DNA of 64,000 bases from an uncultured Alphaproteobacteria bacterium. GTDB taxonomy: Bacteria > Pseudomonadota > Alphaproteobacteria > Rs-D84. Below are positions 9,448 through 17,753 of the stretch, in pieces (position 1 is the stretch's first letter; every line of letters begins with the position of its first letter). The stretch is taken from NCBI GenBank assembly GCA_944392815.1, contig CALXXY010000002.1, forward strand, positions 96,001-160,000, given 5' to 3'. The translations under genes were made by a program, and so were the position numbers. The notes under the pieces were generated by a model, which worked only from the letters and a program-made list of their open reading frames with translations, was not told the DNA's origin and ran no database searches.

Positions 9448-11181
9448 TTATGCAGGCATTTTAACCGCCGCCACCATTTGGTCAATAAATTCGTCGACCG
9501 GCACAGTTTCCTGGCCGTCCCGTCCCAAACGACGCAACGTGACAGTTTTGTTTTCCATTTCTTTTTCACCAACAACTGCGATAATTGGCGTTTTTGCCAG
9601 CGACAATTCGCGGATTTTATAGTTAACCTTTTCATCACGCAAATCAGTCCGCGCATACACCCCGGCGTCACGCAAACGATCGGCAATTTCAACGGCATAA
9701 TCACGGAATTTTTCCGAAATCGGTGTGACCACAACGGGCTCTGGGCTTAACCACAGCGGCAAATTCCCGCCCGTTGATTCCAGCAACACACCCATAAAGC
9801 GTTCAATAGAACCCACCAGCGCACGATGCAACATAATTGGCCGATGTTTTTCACCATCTTCGCCGATATACGACAAATCAAAACGTTCCGGCAAATTCAT
9901 ATCCAATTGCACAGTGCCACACTGCCACGTGCGCCCAAGTGCGTCTTTCAGATAATTATCAATTTTCGGTCCATAAAACGCAGCGTCACCCGGCGCAATT
10001 TCGTATTCAATACCATTCGCGTCCAGCGCATGTTTTAACGCGCCTTCGGCCTTGTCCCAAATTTCATCCGACCCGATACGGAATTCAGATTCTTTACGCG
10101 TGGCCAATTTCATAGAAATATTATTAAAACCAAATTTCGCATAAATATCCTTAATAAAGCGCAAAATTTTCACAACTTCTGCTTCTAATTGATCTTCGGT
10201 ACAGAAAATATGGGCATCGTCCTGGGTAAATTCGCGCACACGCATCAGTCCCGACAGACCGCCTGCGGCTTCGTACCGACACACCTTGCCAAATTCAGCC
10301 AGATACAGCGGCAAATCTTTGTACGATTTAATTCCCTGGCCAAACACCAACATACCCCCCGGGCATGACATCGGCTTTACACAGAACGTTTTGCCGTCCT
10401 GGGTTTTACCAGAATAATTATGCTCGCCATATTTTGCCCAATGGCCACTGCGTTCCCACAGCGATCTGTCCATAACAGACGGTGTGGATATTTCCTGGTA
10501 CCCGGCGCGCTCCTGGCGGTGACGCAAATATTCAATTAACTTGCGATAAATTTTGTATCCCTTGTCATGCCAAAACACAGCACCCGGCGCATAATCAGGT
10601 TCGAAATGGAACAAATCCATATCCTTGCCCAATTTACGGTTATCACGTGCGGCGGCCTCGGCCTGCATTTTCAGAAACGCGTCCAATTCATCTTTGGTTG
10701 CAAACGCGTCAACATAAATACGCTGCAGCATTTTATTTTTCGCGTCCCCGCGCCAATATGCGCCCGCCACACTGCGAATTTTAAACGCATCACGTGGTAA
10801 TTCTTTGGAACTTTCCACATGCGGTCCACGACACAAATCAACAAAATCGCGGAATTTATAAATTGATAAATCTTCGCCGGCGGCATCATATTCATTCAGC
10901 CATTCCATTTTATACGGCTGGTCGGCGAAAATATCCTTGGCCTCGGCCAAAGATACATTACGTTGTTCGAATCGGCCGTTTGATTTGATTAATTCACGCA
11001 TTTCATGTTCGATTTTTTCGAAATCTTCCTCGGAAAAACGATGTTCAGTATCAAAATCGTAATAAAAGCCATTTTCTATGGCCGGCCCACCCGCAAATTT
11101 AACATCTGGGTATAATTTCTGAACCGCAGCCGCCAAAACATGAGCCAACGAATGACGCACAGTTTCAATTGGATATGACAT
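9448..11181 (-). CDS. thrS: Threonine--tRNA ligase (lacks the N-terminal TGS domain)
   Basis: RHSLAH, DLCRGPH, GAYWRGD, KPMSCP, RVREFTQDDAH, AFYGPKID and WQCGTVQLD motifs. Confidence 0.97.
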   Translation of the reverse strand: MSYPIETVRHSLAHVLAAAVQKLYPDVKFAGGPAIENGFYYDFDTEHRFSEEDFEKIEHEMRELIKSNGRFEQRNVSLAEAKDIFADQPYKMEWLNEYDAAGEDLSIYKFRDFVDLCRGPHVESSKELPRDAFKIRSVAGAYWRGDAKNKMLQRIYVDAFATKDELDAFLKMQAEAAARDNRKLGKDMDLFHFEPDYAPGAVFWHDKGYKIYRKLIEYLRHRQERAGYQEISTPSVMDRSLWERSGHWAKYGEHNYSGKTQDGKTFCVKPMSCPGGMLVFGQGIKSYKDLPLYLAEFGKVCRYEAAGGLSGLMRVREFTQDDAHIFCTEDQLEAEVVKILRFIKDIYAKFGFNNISMKLATRKESEFRIGSDEIWDKAEGALKHALDANGIEYEIAPGDAAFYGPKIDNYLKDALGRTWQCGTVQLDMNLPERFDLSYIGEDGEKHRPIMLHRALVGSIERFMGVLLESTGGNLPLWLSPEPVVVTPISEKFRDYAVEIADRLRDAGVYARTDLRDEKVNYKIRELSLAKTPIIAVVGEKEMENKTVTLRRLGRDGQETVPVDEFIDQMVAAVKMPA

Positions 11182-11264
11182 AATAAAAATCCTTATCGTT
11201 ATAAAAAATAAATATTGAAGTGTTGTTAATTATTGCATTGAACGCGGAAAACCGCAACATAATC

Positions 11265-11321
11265 TTATACCCCCGTGGGGGTTGTAGTTGTTGTGACAAA
11301 GAAAACACAATATTTTTTCAT
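11265..11321 (-). CDS. Putative Thr-rich leader peptide of thrS (MKKYCVFFVTTTTTPTGV)
   Basis: ATG AAA AAA TAT TGT GTT TTC TTT GTC ACA ACA ACT ACA ACC CCC ACG GGG GTA TAA. Five consecutive Thr codons plus one more, ending 83 nt before thrS. Confidence 0.85.
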   Translation of the reverse strand: MKKYCVFFVTTTTTPTGV

Positions 11322-11330
11322 AACACTGAC

Positions 11331-11359
11331 ATAATAGTACCAATAAAAAGAAATGTCAA
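11331..11359 (-). promoter_or_regulatory. Sigma70-type promoter of the thrS leader
   Basis: TTGACA-17 nt-TATTAT, then 6 nt, then GTT-ATG of the leader ORF. Confidence 0.75.
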
Positions 11360-11367
11360 CACCCCCC

Positions 11368-12105
11368 CTAGAAATCAATTATGCAACCAAACAACACCGC
11401 GAAAAAGAAACACACACTGCCACCTATGACAAACAGGTGCCATATTGCATGGGAATATTTCATACGTCGCCACAGATAAAAAATCACCCCCAGCGAATAC
11501 GACAAACCTCCCGCCAAAATAAACCACAGCCCACGCGGTGGTATATTATGCAACATAGCCGGCAATATAAACAGCAACGTCCACCCCATAATCAGATACA
11601 ACAACACAATCCATTTGGGCTGGCTGTGTGGACGACGCATTTTCATAACCGCGCCCAAAATCACGATTGCCCATAAAATTCCAAATACAGTCCACCCCAG
11701 TCCCCCGCGCAAATTAACCAACAAAAACGGTGTATAGGTTCCTGCAATCAACGCATAAATGGCAACACTGTCCCAGACCTCGAAAAAACATTCACCACGC
11801 CGTCCAATTGTTGCGTGACACATGGTGGATCCGAAATACAACATTATCATCGTCGCACCAAAAATCGCACACGACACAACCGCCCACGGATTATGCGCCA
11901 GCGCCGCGAACACAACCAACAACGTCAACGCAGCAATCGCCAACCCAACCCCAATACCATGGGTTAAAATATTTAACACTTCCTCGCTGTGCGTGCTGGG
12001 GCGTTCCCAACGGAACAGCCCAGTTGCCTGCAAAAAACGCAACAAACGTTTTGCCCGCGTATCAGATTTAACCTGTTTTAATTGTGCACGTTTTGTTTTT
12101 GTCAT
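11368..12105 (-). CDS. Hemolysin III/PAQR-family membrane protein
   Basis: EEVLNILTHG, IYALIAGTYTPF, YLIMGW and HAIWHLFV motifs, about 7 TMs. Confidence 0.92.
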   Translation of the reverse strand: MTKTKRAQLKQVKSDTRAKRLLRFLQATGLFRWERPSTHSEEVLNILTHGIGVGLAIAALTLLVVFAALAHNPWAVVSCAIFGATMIMLYFGSTMCHATIGRRGECFFEVWDSVAIYALIAGTYTPFLLVNLRGGLGWTVFGILWAIVILGAVMKMRRPHSQPKWIVLLYLIMGWTLLFILPAMLHNIPPRGLWFILAGGLSYSLGVIFYLWRRMKYSHAIWHLFVIGGSVCFFFAVLFGCIIDF

Positions 12106-13679
12106 TTTAATATTTCCTTGATTCTGGCAATAACTTTGTCTGCGCCCATCACCTGCATAACAGAATACAGATCTGGCGTATTTGTGCGCCCAGTCACCGC
12201 CACGCGCAAATTCATTGCCACATCGCCATTTTTAACACCGGCCGCAGCGGCAATTTCAACGATTTTATTCCACCAAGTATCCTTGTCATCGCAAATATCA
12301 AACGTTTCCAGGAACGCGCGCAATAAATCATGATTAAATTCATATTCAGTATTCTGCGCGAACAAATCGTCCCAAAAATATGCAATTTCGTCCAAAGTTT
12401 GCCGCCATGTAATAAAATCTTTGCGAATGCGTTTTGGATTATCGCGTTCAATGCCCAAAATATTTTTCAAATATTCAGGATTATCACCGATTCGCGCGGC
12501 CCATTGCAAATCATATTCATTTGCCCACGCCATAACGCGTTGCGCCAATTCATCAACCGGCAAAGTCGCAATAAATTCGCGCGCCCACCATTCCAGTTTT
12601 TTCATATCAAACAACGCACCCGACATAGGTATTTTTTTCGGTCGCAATGGATATTCCCAAATAGATTTAACCTGCCCTTTGGATTTGGCCTCTTCATACC
12701 CAGACGCCGCAATATTGCCCAGATATTCCAGCACCGCTTCACACGGCCACCCATCGGCCAAGAAAAACGCAACGTTTGCCTCGGGGTCATGACGCTTGGA
12801 TAATTTTCGCTGTTTTCCAGTATCCACATCGATTTTATCAATGGTCGACGTATGAATATACATCGGCGGCGTCCAGCCCATCATACGGAATAATTGAATA
12901 TGCAACGGGAACGACGGCAACCATTCTTCGCCACGCACAACATGCGTTGTACGCATAAAATGATCGTCACACAGGTGCGCAAAATGATACGTCGGCAATC
13001 CATCATTTGATTTGATTAAAACAATATCCTCGTTGTTTTCTGGAAACCCGATTGAACCGCGCACAGCGTCCTTGCAAAAAATTCTTTGCTGGGGATTACC
13101 TGTGGAATACAAACGAATCGAAGGTACCTCGCCCGCGTCCAGACGACGAATTATTTCATCATCGGTAATATCGCGGTCACGCGCAAATTCGCCGTAAATC
13201 CCGGTTGCAAAGCCCGCGGCCTTTTGATTTTCACGAATGCGTTCCATCTCGGCCGCGGTTAAAAAGCATGGATACGCCAAACCACGCGCCAACAAATCCG
13301 CCACAACGCTGTGATAAATATCACGCCGCTGCGACTGATAATACGGCCCATATTCAGGCATATCATTGTATTTCAACCCAAACCGCTGCATAGAATCCTG
13401 AATAATTTTCACGGCGTCCGCAACCTCGCGCTTGGTATCTGTATCCTCTATGCGCAACATAAAAACACCACCGGTATCATACGCCAATTTGCAATCAATC
13501 AACGCCTGGTACAGCCCACCCAGGTGCATATAGCCCGTGGGGCTGGGTGCAAAACGTGTCACAAATGCACCATCTGGCAAATTGCGTGGCGGGAATTTTT
13601 CCTCCAACTCCGCCAAAGTATATTTTGGCGCCGCGCCCAACACACGCACAATTAAATCCGGTGATAAACCATTACGCAT
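12102..13679 (-). CDS. gltX: Glutamate--tRNA ligase
   Basis: TRFAPSPTGYMHLGG, LRIEDTD, THVVRGEEW and KLSKR motifs. Confidence 0.95.
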   Translation of the reverse strand: MRNGLSPDLIVRVLGAAPKYTLAELEEKFPPRNLPDGAFVTRFAPSPTGYMHLGGLYQALIDCKLAYDTGGVFMLRIEDTDTKREVADAVKIIQDSMQRFGLKYNDMPEYGPYYQSQRRDIYHSVVADLLARGLAYPCFLTAAEMERIRENQKAAGFATGIYGEFARDRDITDDEIIRRLDAGEVPSIRLYSTGNPQQRIFCKDAVRGSIGFPENNEDIVLIKSNDGLPTYHFAHLCDDHFMRTTHVVRGEEWLPSFPLHIQLFRMMGWTPPMYIHTSTIDKIDVDTGKQRKLSKRHDPEANVAFFLADGWPCEAVLEYLGNIAASGYEEAKSKGQVKSIWEYPLRPKKIPMSGALFDMKKLEWWAREFIATLPVDELAQRVMAWANEYDLQWAARIGDNPEYLKNILGIERDNPKRIRKDFITWRQTLDEIAYFWDDLFAQNTEYEFNHDLLRAFLETFDICDDKDTWWNKIVEIAAAAGVKNGDVAMNLRVAVTGRTNTPDLYSVMQVMGADKVIARIKEILK

Positions 13680-14232
13680 TTTTATTTTCCTTTTCCCATT
13701 CTGATTTTAATTTTGAATATGTAAACACATCGCGCAATTCGCCACGAAACATATAACTCTGGCGGCGGATACCCTCGCAAACATATCCGCAACGCTTTGC
13801 AACGGCGGCACTGCGCACATTTTTAACGTCCATCAGAATTTCTATTCTGTTGACGCCCATGTTTTCAAATGCAAATTTTTCCAGTGCATGCACCGCACGC
13901 GTCATTATTCCGCGCCCATTATAGTCACGCGACAACCAATACGCAATTTCTGCAATTTTATTTTTCTTGGAACTTATATCCACACCTGCACTGCCCACTA
14001 TGTCGCCGTTATAAATGATATAATAAGAACCGTTATCGTTCTGGGACACTTTGTGCATGTGCATATACATATCTTCTGGGCAATTTGACACATCAACCCA
14101 GTCCAAAAATTCAGACAAAAATTCACGCTGTGAATCAACAATTTCAAAAATTTTACGTGCATTATCAAATGACGGGATAATTTTTTCCAAACGAAAATCA
14201 CCGCAATCTATTGATTTTGGAAAATCAGTCAT
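13672..14232 (-). CDS. GNAT N-acetyltransferase (RimJ/RimL family)
   Basis: AEIAYWL...GRGIMT and N.RS..VAKRCGY..EG motifs. Confidence 0.9.
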   Translation of the reverse strand: MTDFPKSIDCGDFRLEKIIPSFDNARKIFEIVDSQREFLSEFLDWVDVSNCPEDMYMHMHKVSQNDNGSYYIIYNGDIVGSAGVDISSKKNKIAEIAYWLSRDYNGRGIMTRAVHALEKFAFENMGVNRIEILMDVKNVRSAAVAKRCGYVCEGIRRQSYMFRGELRDVFTYSKLKSEWEKENKNA

Positions 14233-14278
14233 TTTATAATTCCTTGTTTTCTTAACTTTTGAATTTTATACTAAATAT

Positions 14279-14911
14279 ATGGAAAAACAAGAAATAAGAA
14301 CATTTGGTCGCCGTCACGGCAAAAAATTATCAGCCCGCCAAACCGTGTTGATTGACACCGTTTTGCCAACTATTTTGCCAAAAAACATACCAGAAAACAC
14401 CGGCAAAATCCTGGAAATCGGATTTGGCGCGGGCGAACATTTGCGCGAAATCGCCCGGCAAACGCCGGCAAAAATTATAATTGGTGCCGAACCATTTATG
14501 AATGGGGTGGCGTCCCTGCTGTCGGCAATCACAAACGAATCGAACGCGATTCGCGATGAATATAAAAACATTCGCGTCTATCCGGACGATGTGCGCGATT
14601 TTCTGCGCGACACCAATTGCAAATTTGAACAAATATGGATTTTGCACCCCGACCCCTGGCCCAAGGCGCGGCACGAAAAACGTCGTCTGCTGCGCGCAGA
14701 ATTTCTGACAATGCTTGCCGCGCGCCTGGCGCCGCACGGCGAAATCATTATCGGCACAGACCATTGGGAATATTTCGATTGGATAAAAAACGCAGTAGCA
14801 AAAACCGCGCTGCATGCACGTACGCCTGACATACAGACGATTCACACACGTTATCAAACAAAAAATATGGCGGGCACCGCAACACCAAAATATTTAATTT
14901 TAACCAATTAA
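14279..14911 (+). CDS. trmB: tRNA (guanine-N7)-methyltransferase
   Basis: LEIGFGAGEH, HPDPWPKARHEKRR, TDHWEY and TRYQ motifs. Confidence 0.93.
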   Translation: MEKQEIRTFGRRHGKKLSARQTVLIDTVLPTILPKNIPENTGKILEIGFGAGEHLREIARQTPAKIIIGAEPFMNGVASLLSAITNESNAIRDEYKNIRVYPDDVRDFLRDTNCKFEQIWILHPDPWPKARHEKRRLLRAEFLTMLAARLAPHGEIIIGTDHWEYFDWIKNAVAKTALHARTPDIQTIHTRYQTKNMAGTATPKYLILTN

Positions 14912-15573
14912 ATATTTACAAAAAATTTGATTTTATCAACCAATTCTGGCCGCATGGATTGCACCAATCGCATGGCCTGCTCTATGCGCGTGCGATTTGT
15001 TCCCAACACAAAATACAAATTCATATTTGAATTATTCCACGCCGATAACGCAGCATACACCCGCCCCACAAAATCAGATGCGTCACCGGTATCATTTGTC
15101 AACGCCAACACCAACCCATCTGCACGCAGTTTTTCCAACGCCGCAAATATACCGTCCCATTCAAACGGCCCGACAGTTCCAACGTCCAATCCAATAAATG
15201 CAGATTTATTAAAAAACAAATCGTCCCTGATTAAATATACCTGATTTACCAATTCAGACAATTGATCGGCCCCCACAAACACAATCGCACCGTCTGCACC
15301 ACTTTTTAACGCCGTATTAATTTCCTGGGTTAAATCAGACACAGAATCAATATCCGTCTGCGCCAAATAAAAGCGCGGCAATATCTGAATATGCTTGTTT
15401 TCTATCCACGGCCAAATCGTCATAACATCACCCGGCGCCACAGACACAGCCCCGACGTTGTTATCAATCGCCATACCCGCCGCACGCGCCAATTCAGTCG
15501 CGTCCTGACCCGCGGCGCACCAAATTGCAAACGGCGCATTCATCGTCAAAAGAATATTTTCACTATCCATCAT
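14908..15573 (-). CDS. DeoC-like TIM-barrel protein, degenerate
   Basis: AVSVAP and EINTALKSGADG resemble DeoC aVcV.P and Ea..Ai..GAdE. The Schiff-base Lys motif (vKTSTG) is not seen. Confidence 0.5.
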   Translation of the reverse strand: MMDSENILLTMNAPFAIWCAAGQDATELARAAGMAIDNNVGAVSVAPGDVMTIWPWIENKHIQILPRFYLAQTDIDSVSDLTQEINTALKSGADGAIVFVGADQLSELVNQVYLIRDDLFFNKSAFIGLDVGTVGPFEWDGIFAALEKLRADGLVLALTNDTGDASDFVGRVYAALSAWNNSNMNLYFVLGTNRTRIEQAMRLVQSMRPELVDKIKFFVNI

Positions 15574-15616
15574 TGCACTTTTTACTTTATCATAAATATG
15601 ATATAATAAAAGCCAA

Positions 15617-16579
15617 ATGAGAATACGTTTTGATAATATATTGCTGTCCGTGTTGTGGTTGCTGGCGGTGACGCTGGGGACATGTTTTTGGTTCAACACA
15701 GTATTCGGATTCGACATTTTTTCCGGCGCACATTGGGAATATATCTCGTCACTCCAGGCGGCACAAACCCCGATTAAACCCGGATTTTACGTATCCATGG
15801 CAATTGCCATTTTCATAACCATATTGGGACTGTATATGATTTTGGCCCCGCGCAGACGCCGCATACGTTTGCCGATTATAAAAACGACACGTTCACAAAA
15901 TCGGACGCAATCAACACAATCCGCCGCGCCCCAACAAAGCGTCACCCCGAACAATGACGCGTCAACACTGGACATATTGCCGGCAAAAATGCAACCCGCA
16001 AAATTCCAAACAACCCCGCCCCAGCAACAAACATCTGCGCCATCGGTGGCATTGCGTCCCCCGCGGTTAAATATTCCCAGACCCAATACCTTATCATCGC
16101 GTGACACAACACCACAACGCACAACCCCGGCATCGACACACAGCGCACCCGCCGCGCAAAAGCAACAGGATTGGCCCGAACTGCGCGAAATATTTACGTC
16201 CGCCGGATACACAGTCAAACCAACCCCACGTGTTGGCGGAATTCAAACCGCCCTGGTCGCCATCGGCACGAACGAGGTTATGTGGCTGGGCTGTGTTGGT
16301 GTAAAAACGACCGACGTACGCGACACGGTCAACAAATTCGAACAAATATTCGCGGACACCCTGGACGAAACCAGCATAACCATAAACGGTTTTGCCATCG
16401 CCGCACCCGACGCCGACACATCTGAATTCCAGGATATATTAATGTTCCGCACACCCGGCGAATTACGCGAATTTATACAACAAAATCCAAACCCGCCACT
16501 GCCCGCCGATGACGACGGAATGTTCGACGCATTTTCTGAATACATAGACGCGGTATTGGCACACATAGGAAAACTGTAA
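15617..16579 (+). CDS. Hypothetical membrane protein (2 TM, Pro/Thr/Gln linker, globular C-domain)
   Basis: 320-aa ORF. First gene of a tightly coupled four-gene run. Confidence 0.75.
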   Translation: MRIRFDNILLSVLWLLAVTLGTCFWFNTVFGFDIFSGAHWEYISSLQAAQTPIKPGFYVSMAIAIFITILGLYMILAPRRRRIRLPIIKTTRSQNRTQSTQSAAPQQSVTPNNDASTLDILPAKMQPAKFQTTPPQQQTSAPSVALRPPRLNIPRPNTLSSRDTTPQRTTPASTHSAPAAQKQQDWPELREIFTSAGYTVKPTPRVGGIQTALVAIGTNEVMWLGCVGVKTTDVRDTVNKFEQIFADTLDETSITINGFAIAAPDADTSEFQDILMFRTPGELREFIQQNPNPPLPADDDGMFDAFSEYIDAVLAHIGKL

Positions 16580-17085
16580 TGCAATTAACCCATGACACCG
16601 CACAACGACGATTATCCGAACTGCATATGGACGATATGCCCGTGATGGAAATTCGTCCAACTGCGACACATGTGGATACAGATTGGTTCGCGAAATACAA
16701 AAAATTATGCCACGAATTTATGGAATCATTAACTGATTCAATCGACGAATTGGCGTTTTTAAATCTGTCGCAAAATGAATTTATGGCGCTGATTATGGGG
16801 CGCGCAATGCCGCAAAATTTATCAATCAGATTTCGTGTGCCGTTGGTATGGGGCGGCAAATTGGAAACAGATAATTTATTCCTGTGCCAAACATTCCCGC
16901 ATTCACAACGATTGGACAGATTTATAATCGAACAACACGGCGCAGAAACAATATGGTTGCCCAACCCCGCAAAACGCGTATACGTATCTGTACACGAATC
17001 GGCCGGGGGCGACGGCGGTAATGCCACCACCGACAGATTAAGTCAAATGGCTGCACAAATTGGAATGAATCGTTCAATGGAATAA
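16579..17085 (+). CDS. Hypothetical protein with a degenerate HNH-like motif
   Basis: RFRVPLVWGGKLETDNLFLCQTFPH resembles HHxxPLxxGGxxxxxNLxL...H. TAATG coupling to the upstream gene. Confidence 0.6.
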   Translation: MQLTHDTAQRRLSELHMDDMPVMEIRPTATHVDTDWFAKYKKLCHEFMESLTDSIDELAFLNLSQNEFMALIMGRAMPQNLSIRFRVPLVWGGKLETDNLFLCQTFPHSQRLDRFIIEQHGAETIWLPNPAKRVYVSVHESAGGDGGNATTDRLSQMAAQIGMNRSME

Positions 17086-17091
17086 CAAAAA

Positions 17092-17526
17092 ATGAATTGT
17101 GATGAATTTATATCTTTGATGAAATCGCACGGCGCACTGTTCGCCCCGCCCGCCATGGAATCGTCCATCGCATTGGCCAACAGTGCATTGCAAAACATAC
17201 GTGCCGCTATTTTGCCAAAATTCATGACAGATTTATATTCCCACACCACGGCAATCAATCTGGGCAACGGTTATATTTTTGGTCCGACCCAGGTCGCACG
17301 CGGCACCAAACACCCAATTCCCAGCATTACAGAAATCAATTCTGATTTGACCGGAATTTCATCAATGCGCGGGAAAACAGTATTTGGCCGCAACGATTTA
17401 TTTTGGTTTGCATTTGACGCATTTGGGAATTGTTTTATGTTGGATAATTTGAATTTAAATACACTGCGCAAATACGACGACGCATTTCGTGCCATGTCCG
17501 ATTGCCTGATTGCGGGGAAAATATAA
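17092..17526 (+). CDS. SMI1/KNR4 (SUKH)-like protein
   Basis: PPA...I..A...L....LP..(M).DLY.....I..G...IFG pattern and FG....FWFAFD. Confidence 0.55.
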   Translation: MNCDEFISLMKSHGALFAPPAMESSIALANSALQNIRAAILPKFMTDLYSHTTAINLGNGYIFGPTQVARGTKHPIPSITEINSDLTGISSMRGKTVFGRNDLFWFAFDAFGNCFMLDNLNLNTLRKYDDAFRAMSDCLIAGKI

Positions 17527-17528
17527 CC

Positions 17529-17732
17529 ATGAAAAAATTATCAGTATCTTTGTCGGGTCACCGCACCAGTATTTCACTGGAATCAGAATTTATCACTGCC
17601 CTGCATGACATTGCACGCCAACAAAATAAATCCATCGCGTCACTTATTGAACACATAGATGACAACCGCACCCCAGATACAAATTTGTCGTCTGCAATCC
17701 GCGTTTGGATTTTAAATCAGTATAAAAAATAA
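17529..17732 (+). CDS. Ribbon-helix-helix protein (RHH_4 type)
   Basis: KKLSVSLSGHRTSISLE.EF..AL..IA and NLSSAIRVWIL. Confidence 0.85.
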   Translation: MKKLSVSLSGHRTSISLESEFITALHDIARQQNKSIASLIEHIDDNRTPDTNLSSAIRVWILNQYKK

Positions 17733-17753
17733 TGCCGCCTTGTACGGCATTTT

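Noticed and set aside
13672-14278. Glu-rich leader for gltX
   Set aside because: gltX is translationally coupled to the GNAT gene, and no comparable uORF or hairpin was found upstream of that operon.
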